A stretch of DNA of 64,000 bases from Eubacteriales bacterium (GTDB lineage Bacteria; Bacillota; Clostridia; Oscillospirales; CAG-272), in contig JBGVIN010000010.1 of assembly GCA_045123255.1 (NCBI GenBank), forward strand, positions 3,044 through 67,043. The letters are read 5' to 3'. Position numbers and translations under genes: made by a program. Positions 14,760 to 29,700 of this stretch are shown here, one piece after another (the first letter of the stretch is position 1; each line of letters begins with the position of its first letter). The notes beneath the pieces were generated by a model. That model was not told where the DNA came from, made no database searches, and saw nothing but the letters and a program-made list of their open reading frames with translations.

Positions 14760-17700
14760 TTACTTAGAGAAATAGTTGTATGCTGATTGACCGTACTTCA
14801 TAATCTTTTCAGCAAGAGCAATTTCAGCCGGTTTCTCGTAATAATAAGCAAGGAAACACCAATAAGCAATATTGGAGTGTACAGTTGAAATTACTTCACC
14901 GTTGTACATAAGCTCGCAAGTAACAACCGTGTTCATGTCAGCTGCTGACAATGTGTTAGCCTTAACCTTTGCAATTCCGGTTTCTGCATTATAACTAATA
15001 TCTTCGCTAGCTACGTCGTATGAAATTTTGTATCCAGCAAAGTCAGTATAGGTTATTTTTGCAGTGAGGTTATCCTTGTTAAAGCCCTCTATTTTATCAA
15101 AGTAGCTGAACCAGAATACCAATTCTACCTTATCAGCAAGTACAAGAGAGATGTCATATGCATGCTCATTTCCTTCTTGAGCAAACCATGCTTTACTTAG
15201 GTCAACGCCTTCTGTTGCATATGATTGATATTCGTCAGTATTTCTGTTTGCAGGCTCGTTTGCGTCGTGCTTAAGGTAAACTTGTGCTGCTGCACCATAG
15301 TTAAGCATATCGATCAAAGTTGTCTTAAGCTTTGCATCGTCTGAGTTTTCAAGCCAGTACAATGCATAGTTGCGAATGCTCATCTCGTTTACGTTGCTTA
15401 TTGCTTCGCCTGTGCCGATTCCGTCTTCATCAATTGTGCCTTCAAAGATTTGAACTTGAATATCACAGTTCATTTCCTTAGCTGCAATTGCTTCAACAAC
15501 AATCTTCATTACGCTTCCTTCTTTAATCCATGCGCTTTGTGGAATGTAGATTTCCACAGAATCAGTGCCGCATGCTTCAGTGTGAACCTTAATTGCCTTA
15601 GCGTAGTAAGACTTGTTTGCATCAAGCTTAGACATATCAACGTAGAAGTTCATATCGAGTGAAGCACCTGCTGTTACGGAGATACCCTTCCAGATAGATT
15701 CTTCAGCCGTTTTCTTAACAAGCTCAACAAGTCCGTCACCTGCATCTATTGCTGAATACTCTGCGCTAAGCTTATCTGCTACGTTTGCAGGAATCTTAAC
15801 TGTGTTATTTGTTACGTCAGATGATGTGATTACGTTACCGTAAATTGCGCCTACAACTGTTACGCTTACGCCTGTAGTTGTCTCTTCGCCTGATACTGCA
15901 CCGCCAAGTGTGATTGCATAGCAGTAATCACCGTTTGCGATAACCGCACTGTCCTTATCAACGTTAACAATTGTGCCGTTTGCACGAACTGCGATTACTG
16001 AGAAGCTGTTGCCCTCAACGTCGTTATCGCCTGTTGTACCTGTAAGAACAGACTTTGTGAAGGTGAATGATGAGCCCTCAGAGCCCGGTTTTACGTAAAG
16101 TGCGCTGTAGCCGCTGATTTCAGAATCGTTAGCGTTAAGCTCTGTCTTTACGAATGTGATAATACCGTAGCCTGTAGTGCCTGCATCGATTGATACGTTG
16201 TTCATATTAACAACAGTACCGTTTTCGCTACCGCCAATGGTGAGTGGTTGTGGGTTGCCGTATGCTGTAGTATACTTGTTAGCAATAAGTTTTACACCGT
16301 CAAGTGTAAGCTCTACTGCTTCTCTTGTATCAACACAACGGTTAGCCGCAACTATTGTACCGTTTTCGATTGTAGCGTCTGCGTAAACCTCAAATGCCTT
16401 CTTAGATGTTGAAGTTACTGTATGACCGCCAAGGTCAAGAGTTACGTTCTTTTCAATCTTGATAAGCTCGTCAATTGTTACGTCACCAAGGAGAAGGATT
16501 GTATCGCCGTCCTTAGCGTATGCAAATGCACCTGCAAGTGTCTCGAATGAATATCCTGTGCCGTTAGCATACTTGATGAAAGCAACTGCCTTATCAGCCT
16601 CAACACCGTCGATTATAATCTTACCGCCGTTTGATGAGTTAGATGCGTTATTTGAGTCGTCCTCGATTGTAAAGTTAACGTTTGTTGCTGTGATAACCGC
16701 GTCTGTAGCGCCATTGTCGAGTGCCAATGCTGCGTATTTTTCAGAACCGCTCTTATCATTACATACAAGCTTACCGCCGTTAACTGTTACGTTTGCATTA
16801 GCTGCTGAAACGTTAACTACGTTAAGACCTGTAAGAGTTGAGTTTTCGATTGTAACAATTGCACCCTTTGCTGAGCTTGCAACGTTAACTGTATAGTTAG
16901 CTGCTGTTGCATCTACGTTGTAGATTACTACGTTTGTAGCACCTTGAATAACGTTGATTGCGCGCTCGCCTGAAGCTTCGATTGTTACGTTCTTAATTGT
17001 TACACCGTTTGCACCGCTTACATTAATTGCTCTGCCTGCTGTTGATGTAATTGTTTTGCCGTTACCGTTCAAGGTAATTGCTTTGTTAATTGTAATAATG
17101 CTAGATGTGTTAACGTCTGCAAGAAGCTCTACCGTGTCACCTACACCTGCTGCTGCGATTGCTGCTTCGAGTGTTGCGTAATAGTTGTTGCCAACCTTAG
17201 CTACTGCCTTGAGTGCAGGGATTTCTACAGGAGCTTTGATGATTGTGCCACATACTGAGCACTTAATTCCAGCTTCATAGCCTACGTTTTCATACGTTGG
17301 AGCTACTGGAGGAATTTCAACCTCAGTGTGAGCTACCTTATCAGTTACTGTAGGAACAACAGTGATTGTCATACATACTTTGCAGTACTTACCTTCTGTA
17401 AGACCTGTAGCTGTGCAAGTTGCGTTAACTGCAGGAATTGTTTTTAAGGTGTGAGGAACCATATCAACGTAGTTGTCTACATATGTGTCGCCACATACTG
17501 AGCATGTGTAAGTTGTATAACCCTTTGCTGTGCAAGTTGGATCTGTTACTTCCGCGTTGTAGCTGTGATCAATTACAGGAACTGTTACGGTTTCGCGTGA
17601 GAGTTCCTCGCCGCAAACTGTACACTTAGTTACGTTGTCGTATGAACCTGTAGCTGTGCATGTAGGAGCATTTTCGTTTTCCTTAACTGCTGTGCCGGCT

Positions 17701-20700
17701 GTGTGTCCTGTTGCAGGAACTACTGTTTGTGCTTCGAGAACTTCGCCACAAACTGAGCAGTGTGAGCCTGCTGTCAAGCCTGTTTCTGTGCATGTTGCGT
17801 CCTTAGCTGCGTCAATTACCGGTGTGCAAGCTTCAACAACTACTGTGCCGCTCTTATCAGTTACGTGGTAACCGCTTGGAACGTTTTCTGTTGTTACTGT
17901 GCTACCGTTCTTGAGCGCGGCTGTTGCTACGCTTACTGTAACAGGCCACTCAGTTGAGCCTTCTGTTACGTCGAGGTAAACAGTGCCGTTAATTGAAGCA
18001 TTTTCACCGATTGTCAATGTACCGGAGTTTGCATTCTTGCTTGGGTCTTGGAAGTAGATTGCTCTCTTTGTACCCTTAACTGTGCCGCCGTTAATTGTCA
18101 AGATGTTTTGTGCTTCTGTTCCGTTCAAGAATTGACGGATTGCGCTGTATGTTGAAATGATTTCACCGCCGTTGATTACTGTTTCAGCATATGTACCCTT
18201 ACCGTTTGTGAGGTTGTCGATAGCGTATGCCATATCAGTACCGCCGAGGTGCTTAATTGTACCGCCGTTAACTACAAGCTTACCGCCTACAGTGTTGGAG
18301 ATTACTGTTGAGTAGCCGTTCCAACCACGGTTGTTGTTAGCAACGAGTGTGATTGCGCCGTCACCTGTAACAGTGAATTCACCGTTGTTTGTGAACAAGC
18401 TGAAGCTACCTGTTGAGTTATCAGTACCTGTAATTGTCTTGCCGTTTAGGTCAAGAGTTACTTTGCCTGTAACCTTAATTGTAGAATTGAGTGTGATGTT
18501 TTCAAGGAGAACTACTGTTCCGCCGTTTGCGTTTGCCGCTGCGATAGCTTCCTCGAATGATTCATACTTGTTGTCGCCAACCTGTGCAACGTATTCGCAA
18601 GGAACTACTACGTAGTAGCCGTCAACATTTGCGAACTTATAATCAGCAGGAGCTGTTCCGTAAACCTCGCCTACACATGTAGCAAGTGCCTTAAGTGTTG
18701 CATTAGCATTTGCTCCTGAGAGACAGATACCGTCAACTGAACCACCTGTTACTGTTGTGTTAGCAACGTTTGCGTTAGCATTCGGGCTTTGCATCCATAC
18801 GTAACCGATATCGCCACCGTTAATTGTGAGGTTATTAGTTCCGCCGTTTGCAAATTGACGAATTGCAAAGTATGTTGAATCGATTGTGCCACCGTTTACT
18901 ACCATTGTAGCAATTGTGTTTTTACCGTTGGTGAGGTTATCAAGAGCATATGCCATTGACGTACCGCCAAGGTGCTTGATTGTACCGCCGTTTACTGTTA
19001 CTGTACCTTGGTTGTTAGCAATAACAACTGATGATGCGTTCCAGTTACGTTCGGTTGTTGCTGTAAGTGTAATTTCACCCTCGCCGCCAACTGTGAAGCT
19101 TGCGCCCTTTGTTACGTTGAAGAGGTAGAAGTTACCCTTTACGTTATTATCAGTACCTGTAATTGTCTTACCGTTGAGGTTAAGAGCAACTGTACCGCTT
19201 ACTGTTACTGATGAATCAAGTGCAATATTCTTAAGAAGAACTACTGTTCCGCCTGCGTTTACTGCGTCTTGAAGTGTTTCGTAGTATTCGTTGCCATTCT
19301 TTGCAACTACTGATTTTGTTTCAGTATGAGCTGCATCGTTTGCACAAGTTCTTACTACTGTGCAGTTTTCTGCATCGAAGATCCATTCGCCAAACGCGTG
19401 ACCTGTTGCAGGAATTGTAATTGTGCCTGTTGAAAGTTTTGTGTCACATGCTGAACAGTAAACTACGAGATCGTACTTACCGTCTTCTGTGCATGTTGCA
19501 TCAGTCTTGTTTGCGATTTCTACATCGCCCGGATTGTGAGCAAGCTTATCAACTGTTACTGTTTCGCTTGAAAGCTTAGCGTCACATTCTGTACAGTAAA
19601 CTACTAAGTCGTATGAACCTGTAGCTGTACATGTAGGAGCATTTTCGTTTTCCTTAACTGCTTCGCCAGCTGTGTGAGCAATTACAGGAATTGTTTCTCG
19701 CTCAACTACTGTTGCATCACAGTGTGCACACTTAGAACCGTCTGTAAGACCTGTCTCTGTGCATGTTGCTTCCTTGCCAAGTACTGTATCTGTTGTGTTG
19801 TGTACACAGTTACCGTCTTTGTCAAAGCGAGCGGATTTTGTAAAGCCGTATCTGATTACGCCAACCTTATCACCTGAAACGAATGTATTTCCGTTGAAGA
19901 TGCTAAAGTTAAGAAGTGCTTCTTGTGCATCAGCCTTTTCTTGTGAACCAAAGTCAGCTACTGTGTAATTGTGTACCCAGAATGCTGCACTGTCACCACT
20001 AAGTGTTGAGTTCTCAATTGTTACGTTATTCTTATCGTAACCGCTATTGAATACGCGAACTGCAACGTATGTTGATTCAAGTGTTGAATCCTTAACGTTA
20101 AGTGTTACCTCACCCCAGTTGTTGAGGTGTGCAACGAATGCCATATCAGAACCGCCAAGGTTCTTAACTGTTGCATTTGCGATGTTAAGAATACCGCCTG
20201 CTGTTACGTTGAATACGTTTGTTGAGCTACCCCAACCCATATTCGTGCCTACATGCTCGAGTGTGATTGTACCGCCCATAACTGTGAGAGTACCTCTTAC
20301 GTCAAATACGTTTCTGTTGCCACTGATTTCATCAGTTACAGCAGAGATTGTACAGCCGTTTAAGTCCAGTGTTACTGACTTCTTAACTACGATAGTGTTG
20401 TCACCGTCAATTGTGATACTACCAAGAAGAACGATTGTGTCACCTGATTCTGCTGCTGCAAATGCTTCAGCAAGAGTATAGAAGTACTCGCTATCAATCT
20501 TAGCCAAGTATCTCTTTGTGTTGTTTACGTTATTGAATTGTGCAACATCGTTGCTATCCTTTGTTGCCTCGCCGATTGCTATTGCATGATCGCCATTGAA
20601 GGTTGTGTTAGAAATTACTACTTCATTTCCTGTTCCCTCGAGGCGTACGCACTGACCATAGTAACCGTTTTGAGGAGCATTGTAAAGTGATGTAAGAGTT

Positions 20701-23700
20701 GCGCCATTAATAACGATTTCGTGGTCGTCGCCCCAAACGTTAATTACGTTAGCACCTTCGTATGTACCGCCGTTAATTGTAAGAATATTAGCGCTACCAC
20801 CTGTAACGTTAACTGCATATGCCCAGTCTGAACCACTTGTTGGATCAAACTCAACTGAGCAGTCATTGAGTGTAAGGTTAACACCTGTAAGATTTGAATC
20901 AATGCTGATGCCGCGAACGTCAGATGTGTATGTGCTGAACGCTGTGCTTACCATATTAACGTCATTGAGTGTAACCTCAACGTCGCCCGTTGTAATACGG
21001 AATACACGATTTGCGCTTGAAGTAACATTATAACCGTTACCGTTGATTGTAATTGACTTATCAATCATAATAACGCTGTTAGCTTCAATGTTGCCAAGAA
21101 TTTCAATTGTATCGCCTGCATTAGCTGCTGCGATTGCTGCTGCGAGTGTTTCGAACTTAGTGTTGCCAATTTGTGCCACCGCTACAAGTGCTGGAATTGT
21201 TTCAGGAGCAACGATGATTTCGCCGCAAACTGAGCACTTAACGCCTGCCTTTGAGCCTGCTGCATCAACTGTTGGAGCAACTGCAGGAATTTCTTCCTCA
21301 GTGTGAGCAACCATATCAACGTAGCTGTCTACGTATGTATCACCGCAAACAGTACATGTATGAGTTGTATAGCCCTTTGCTGTGCAAGTTGGATCTGTTA
21401 CTTCCGCGTTGTAGCTGTGACCCTTAACAGCAATCGGTTCAGGAAGAGTAATGATCACCATACAGTCTTCGCAGTATGTGCCCGGCTTAACGCCTGCTGT
21501 TGTGCAGGTTGCATCTACGCCAGCAGTATATTTGAGATTAATCTCTTCAACTGCGAACGTGCCGTTAGCCTTTGCGTGTGAGTGGTAGCCCTCTTGGCAG
21601 AACTTGTCTGCAACAGGAACTGAGAACGTACCGCCGTTAACTGCAAACGCAAATGCGCTTGAGTCGTCTGCAAGCAATCTACCGTTGATAGTGCCGTTTG
21701 AGATATTCAACTCTGCGTTGTTGTTGTAGCTATTTGGATTTTGTACCCAAACAGATGTGTTGCCACCTGTTACAGTGCCGCCTGTGATATTAACAATGTT
21801 TTTAGCTGTTGTGTTGTTTGCAAATTGACGAATACCGATATATGCAGGGCAGCTTACAACGCCACCGCTGATATTGAGTACTGTATCGCCAAGTGTTGAG
21901 TTGTTATCGATTGCATCGTACATTGAGCCGCTTACGTTTGTAAGGTTTTCAATTGTACCGCCTTCGATATTGAGTGTGCCGCCTTGGTTAACAATTGTGT
22001 AAACACCTACACCGTAACCAAATGATGCACCTGTGTATTTAATTGAAAGCTTACCGTCGCCTACACTGTCCTTAATTGTAAGTGTGCCGTTGTTTCTGAT
22101 CATTGCTACGTTTGCTACACTTGTTTCGTAAACAACTGTTGCACCCTTAAGATCAATAACCGCTTCTTCACCCTTACCAATAACAACTGTGTTGAGAAGG
22201 ACAACTGTTTCACCGTTAGCTGCCTCGATTGCTGCTTCGAGTGTTGTGTAGTACTTGTTGCCAACCTTAGCTTGAACAGGCTTACCTGTTGAGTAAGCAC
22301 CGCCAACCTGTGGCTCGCTTGCATTGTTGCTTGAAACAACGATGCCCTCAGATGCTACTTCACCAATTACGTAACCCCAGTTTGTAGGAGCTGTAACCAC
22401 GGTGTTAGCAACTGTGTTGTTGCTGATTTCGCTACCGCCAAGAGCAAGACCTGCAATACCGCCTGCGCCCTTAGAGGTTGCCTTAATTGTTGCATTATTT
22501 ACTGAGCATCCTGTGATAACTGCATTTGAATAGCTGTAACCTGTGATACCACCAACGAAGCTATAGCCTGTGATGTTTGCACCGTCAACTACGCAGTTTT
22601 CAATTGTGCCCATATCGCGATAGCTGTAACCAACGATAGCACCAACGCCGTATGCGTCTGGAGCATCGATTGTTACGTTCTTAACCGTTACGTTAGAAAC
22701 GTTGAGCTTACCGCCCTTATTGTTTGCAAAGCCAACGAGTGCGCCAACGTTATGGCCTTCGCCCTCAGCTTTTACTGTGATGTTTTCAAGAACGAGGTTC
22801 TTAATTGTAACCGCACCGTATGTGTAGCCAAAGAGACCGCCACAGAGGTAGCCGTCGCTATCTGCCTTAGGAGCGAGATTGAGGTTCTTGATAGCAAAGC
22901 CTTGACCGTTAAACTTACCGTCAAATGTTGCATTGATACCGTCGCCGATACCTCTTTCCCATGTTGCGCCGTTCATATCAATGTCAGCTGTGAGAACGAA
23001 ATATTCAGTTGTGTATGAACCGTCGTTTACACGCTTAGCAAAGATATTCAATTCTTCAACTGAACCAATCTTATATGGATCAGCTTCTGTACCTGAACCG
23101 CTAAGACCCTTAACTTCATCATAAGCAGCTTGTGCAGCTTCGCTAAAGGTGTTGTTTGTAAATACAGACTTAGTTATTGTGCCATCGTTAAATACAAGGT
23201 TGTTGATTGTATTTTCTGCGATAGTTGCTGTTGCGCCGTTATAAACCTTGAATCTGTTGTCGCCAAAGCTGTTGCCTGTAACTGTGCTTGAAGCGCTTGA
23301 TGCTACGTTAACCTTACCTGATACGATAGTGTTGTTTGCGAACACTTCCTTACCACGGAGGATGATTGCATAGCCGTCAACGTCAAATGTGTTACCTGTA
23401 ACAACAAGGTTGTCTCTTGCTGATTCATAGTAAATAGCGTCGCCTGTTGTATCAAACGTACAGCCTGTGATTGTAATTGTGTTTGCGCTTGCTTGTGGGA
23501 ATACACCTATTCCACCAACAAACGTTACATTTTCAATTGAACCGGAGTAAAGACCGATACCACCGTTCTTACCTGACTCGTTTACGATTGTAAGATCCTT
23601 AACTGTGAGGTTTCTTGCATCGTCGAACAAGTGGTCGCCGTTTCCTGCGGACTCGATGCTCTTAACAGTTAATGTATGACCGTTACCGTCAATTGTCAAG

Positions 23701-26700
23701 TCGTCAATTACGAGAGTGATAAGCTGGTTGCTACCGATTGGTTTTTCGGTAATCATTGTCCACTTGTCAACTACTACGTCTGAAAGAAGCTCAACTGTTC
23801 CGTTAGGAGCCGCTGAAATAATAGCCTCTTGGAGTGAGAAGTAGTAATTACCGTTTGCAGTTGCAACAGGAAGTGCGAATCCGCCTTGTGCTGTTACGTT
23901 TGCAGGATTTGCTGTGATGAAGTTCTTGCCGGCTTCAAGTGTGTTGCCTGTTGCTTCAACAACTACGTTAGCAATGTTAGAGTAAGACTTAATGTCTACT
24001 TGACCGTTTACTACTGTGTTGTTTGTGAAGGTTACAGACTCGCTTGCGCCGAGAAGTACCTTTGAATTTTCAAATTCACAGTTATCTACTACAATCGCCT
24101 TAGCATCTTGGTCATTTCTGTTGTCAGAAACGCCACGGCCGAAGTTCTTGAATGTAGAATTTGTAATTGTTACTGTTACGTTAGAAAGTGCTGTGCCTGC
24201 ACCCTCACCGAAGATAATGCCGTAGCCGTCACCCTTGCCGATGAATGTACAGTTATCAAACGTGCCGCCAAGCTTTGCAGAAATAATGCGTTGTACGCCT
24301 GTTGCTTCGCTTACGTCGATTGTAAGATCCTTAACAGTTGCAACCTCTTCAAATCTGAATACTGTGTTCCAGTTGTTGTCGATAATTGCGCCTGTGAACT
24401 TAATTGTCTTACCGTTACCGTCGATTGTTACAGGAACTGTGAACTTAGCACCTGTGGATCTGCAATCCCACTTGTCGTCGATTGTTACATCGTTAAGGAT
24501 TTCAATTACTGCGCCGTTTGTTGCTGCTTGGAATGCTTCTTGGAGTGAAGCAAACTTCTTGTCGCCAACTTGTGCAACGAAGGTTACAGGAGCGAGAACT
24601 GTTTCGCCGTCAACAACAACTGTGATGTCGTTGTTAGCGTCTGTGTAGTTGCCCTTCTTGTTGTTCCAGAGTGAGTTGCCTGAAACGTTACCTGCACCAA
24701 AGCCTGTTGCAGTTGTGTTGTTAACTGTTACGTTAGCACCTGCGCAGTAGCTTGTATCGATTTCGATAGCCGCCTTGCCGTCAACTGCCTTTGATGAAAC
24801 GAATGTAGTATCTGTAAACGTTACGTCAACAGCGTATGTTGAACCTTCGTTATAAACGAGAACAGATCTACCTGCCGCATTGAACGTACAACCGTTGAAC
24901 GCAACTTCCTTAGCTGCGTATGTCCAAACGTTGTAGTTGTTTTCGTCGGTTTGGATAAACGTACAGTTATTAAATGTTTCGCTTGTGCCATAGAGGAATA
25001 CTTGACCGTTGAACGTACAGTTGTTATAAACCATATCGCCTGCATCTTGTAATCCCTTATAGCCGGAAGCCATATCATATGTAAATGTGATATTGTTAAA
25101 TGTTACACTCGATTTAATGCTGTATGCTGTAATTCCCACAAATTCAACGCCGTCAACCGCGCCTGTGATTGTGATGTCCTTACCGCTTACAGTAAGCTTG
25201 TATTCGCCAGCAACAAGAATCTTAACCTCGTCGCCGTTTTGAGCTGCCTTGAATGCATCTTCAAGTGAGAAGTATGACTTGCTGCCTATGGTTGCAACCG
25301 GCTTATTAACTGTAGCATTTACAGTTGCTGTATCTGCCTTAGTATATGTTGCTGTTGCATCTGTCAAGTGGATACCGCCGTCGCGGAGGTCACCTGTGAT
25401 TGTAACTACTGAAGTATCTTCAATAGACAATGTTTGACCTGCTTCAATACGGATACCCGCCTTGGTAATACCTGAAAGTGTGATTTCGGACGCGCCACTA
25501 ATTGTATAGTTACCGCGGAACAATACACGACCGTCAAGGTTTGTTACGTTAATCTTTGAATTGTCGATTACGATATCGTTGCCTGTTGATGCATTTACGC
25601 AAATGATATCAAGATCAAGTGCGGTTTCATTGTTAACAACGATTTCTGAACCGTTTACAAGATTGAGGTCAGAGTTGTTACCGTCAAGACCGATTAAGTA
25701 TGTACCTGATACGCCTGTAGCAACCAACTTAACGCCGTCAAATGTAAGTGTTTGGTCAGCAAACATCCAGAACACTGCTGTGCTTGGTTTTACACTTGGG
25801 TCAACTACGATTGTACCGTTTTGGAATGTTGTTGTGCCAAAGTAGAGGTCGTCCTCTGTGAGTGTAAGTGTATTGCCGTTTAAGTCAATTACACTTGCCT
25901 TTGTAATAGCTCTTTGGCTCTTAAGAGCAGGAGTTGCGTCTGCAAGGAGAACGATTGTGTCGCCCTCATTAGCTGCCGCGAATGCTGCTTCAAGTGAAAT
26001 GTAGTATGTGTTGCCAACCTTAGCAACAACATCATATGGAGCTTCAACTACAACACCGCCAACTATAAGAGTTGAGTTAACAGCGTATGAGTTGCCTGTA
26101 ATAGTACCTGAGCTGATAAGTGCGTTGTAGTCCTCGCCGTATGCGCCCTTAACTATTACGTTTTCAGCTACTACATTTGAAATAATGTCGTTTTCGTTTG
26201 TGTTACCTACGATAGCAGCTGCGCCGTAGTGATTTTCTGCTATGATAGTAACGTTCTTTACAGAACAGTTTGTAACGGTAGCAGAGCTATCGCTTGTGCC
26301 AAGGAAGCCACCGATACCACCAACTGCCCAATAAAGTGCCTTAATTGAGCTTTCTGCATTATTGATGCCATCTACGTGACAGTTATTGATTACTGCGCCA
26401 TTGTATGCATAACCCATGATAGCGCCTGCACGTGCACCTATAACGATAATTTCACCAGTTACGTTTACACTATCAATTGTAGTGTGCATATTGCCACAAC
26501 CAACAACTGCAGCCGCACCAGCGTGCTTTTGTGCATAGTCAGCTACAACCGCACCGTCGATTGTGAAGTTCTTGATTGTTGTATGATAGCCGGTGTTATC
26601 GCCACGGTTTCCTGTGCTTGTGTAACCGAAGAGACCGTTTTGATCATCTGCACACCAGAGGTTAGAAATAGTATGTTTTTGACCGTCGAATGTACCTGTG

Positions 26701-29700
26701 AACGGATGAGCTGAAGTACCGATTGATGTCCAGTCTTCCTGTTCAAGGTCGATGTCAGCTGTAAGAACAACGTAAACGTTTACATATGTGCCATCGTTTA
26801 CACGCTTAGCAAAGAAGAACAAGTCTTCTGCTGTGCTAATCTCGTAAGGATTTGTAGCTGTGCCTTCGCCGCTAAGTGTCTTCGTAACAACGAGACCGTT
26901 TTTGTCCATTGTAATCTTAGCGTTACCACCCTTAATTTCAACTGTACCTGTAAAGCCGCTCATATCAGCGCCGATTACAGTTACAGGCTCAAAGCCAAGA
27001 CCTGTTACGTCAATAACGATCTTACCGTTACCAATGATTGAAGGAGCTGTAAGTGAGCTGTTGATATCAAGCTCGATTGTGCCGTTGTTCTTGAGTTGTG
27101 CACTATATGTCAAGCTTGATCCCTTAAGAATCAATGTGCCTGCGTTATAGTTGCCCTCGTCATTACCGTTTGTTAATGTTGTAGAAAGAAGCTTTGTATT
27201 GATAAGAGTGAATACAGAGTCAGCGTCGTTGGTCATAAATGTGCCAACCTTAACGTCACTGTTCTCGAATGTAAATTCAGTCTTAGAAAGAGCCTCGTAG
27301 AATGTGATTCTTGAAGCATCAACAACAGAGTTAACAAAATAGAATGTGTATTCTCCGCCGTAGTTGCCTGGCTTGTTGCCAAATGAATTGTTAGAACCGA
27401 TTACAACGTATGCATTTTCAACTGTGAAATATGAATCGCAGTTCCAGCCCTTGCTCTCCTGAGCAACAAGACCGTGTGTAAAGAATGCAACGTCGCCGTC
27501 TGTCAAGTTTTCACGCGCTTCAAGAGCGTCAGAAATGCTACCGTAGATAGTTACCTTATCACCGTAGCCAAGACCGTAACGCGCCTTGTCAGTGATTGTG
27601 AGTGAAGCGCCCTCTTCAACTGACCATTCCATATTAGCAGTTGTGCCATAGTAATCAGTAAGAGTACCGTAGTCGTAAATCATACCAACGGTATTGTCAC
27701 CGCGGAAGATAACCTTACCCGCAACGAATACATGACCGTTGATTATTGAATTCTTAACGATAGCACCGTCAAGAAGGTCGATGCTTTCGCCCTCGAATGA
27801 AGCAAGCTTCAATGTGCTTTCGCCTGAAACTTTGATTATGCCGTTGTTTGTAAGCTTAAAGCTACCTGCATCGAGGTTAAAGCCATTGATTGCAATAGTT
27901 TCGCCCTCTGCTACAGTTACGTCAGCAAGAAGAACAACTGTGTCTTTCGCCTTTGCAGCTGCAATAGCTTCAGCAAGTGTAAGGTACTTAACGCCATTGA
28001 TTGAAGCAACACCGTAGTTGCCGTAAATACCCTTAGCGTCTAAGCCTGTATCGTTAAGAGCTACAACAACCTTGCCTGTTGGGGCTGTTGGCATTGTGCC
28101 GTTTGTATCGTACTCGCTAGTTCCGATTGCCATCCACAAGCCGTCTGTGTTTGCAGGAGTCATTGTGTTTGTGCCTTTGAAAATAACGTTGTAATTTTCA
28201 ACCTGTGCCTTACGAACAACTACAGGAATGAATGCGCTAATTTCGCAATCCTTAATTGTGATTGTGTTGTTAGCAATTTCACCGTTCAAGCGGATACCGT
28301 ATTTGTCGTTAGCTGCTGTAATTTTTACGTTTTCAACAGTTGCACCAACAACGGTACCAAGTGAAATACCGCGCTTACCTTCAATCACAGTGTTTGTAAC
28401 TGTGATATTGTAGCCACCTTGGTTTTGCAAGAGTGAAGCTACACCTGTAGCAATACAGTCGCCAATTACAACCTTTGTAGGTTGATGTGTACCAATCGCT
28501 GTAGTGCTATAATCTGTATCTTTAAATGAACAACTAATAATAGTAAGAATACAGTTACTATTCTTATCCATTGAATCGATAAAGTATTCCGGAGAGATTT
28601 CGCTTGTTGCAACGAAGTTAACGTTCTTAATTGTAATGCTCTCGCCGATACCGATTTCGAATTCACCTGTGAAGTTGTTGTTCTTACCGTCGATAGTGAA
28701 TGCTACACCAGATGCCTTTTCGATAGTTACAAGCTCTTCTGTAACGTCATCGAGAAGTACGATGGTTTCACCATTCTCAACTGCGTCGATTGCAGCTTGG
28801 AGAGTGTCATACTTCACGCCGTTAATTGCTGCTGCATAGAATGGAGCAGGAATTTCGGAGAGGTCAGCCGCGATATCGTATACGTCGATTTCAACAGTAT
28901 TTTCCGCGGTTGAGCCAAATGTGTTATTGCCTGCTGCTTGAATAGCTACAACGAGTTCTCTCAACGCGTTGGTTGTTTGATTTACGTTGCTGCCTGAAGC
29001 AGGAGCATACTTTGTATCTGCCCAAATCTTGATAGCCGCACGGTTAGATTTTCCACCAAGACCCCAAGATTTGAAGTTGTTTTCAGTTACAGTAATGCTG
29101 TTTGCAGCTGTAACCGCCTTTCCGTCACCACAACCTTGGATTACAAAAGCGTGGCTGGAAACGTCAACAAATGTATTGTCATTAAGAGTTAAATTATAAG
29201 CTGTTGCGTTAGGAACGATAAACATACCGTAGCCATTTGTTGCTGTACCGATTGAACCGTCAGCAGTGTTGCCGTCGATAGTGATATTCATTCCCTCACG
29301 ATATGTCTTAACAGTAAGTTGAGCAACTGTGTTGTCTGCAATAACAACTTTCGCGTCGTTAGAGCATACAGTAAGTGTACCGTTTACTGTCAAACCTGAA
29401 ACTGTGAATGTGCTTTCGCTTCTGTCAGCTTGGTCAATGTGGCTTGCATGATAACCGATTGAAAGGCTACCGTTAATTACCACACCGTCAGCTGCTGTAA
29501 TTGTGATGTTCTTTTTGCCGTTAAGCTCAATGAACATATTAGCTTCAGCTGTGAAGCCGTCTGTGATAACGAGTGTTTCGCCATCCTTGAGCGCAACAAG
29601 TGCTTCGCTAAGTGTAGCGTACTTAACGTCGCCGATTTGAGCAGCAGGAATTGCTACTGTTACACCGTTAGCTTTAAAGCCGTTCTTGTCAAGGTTAACA

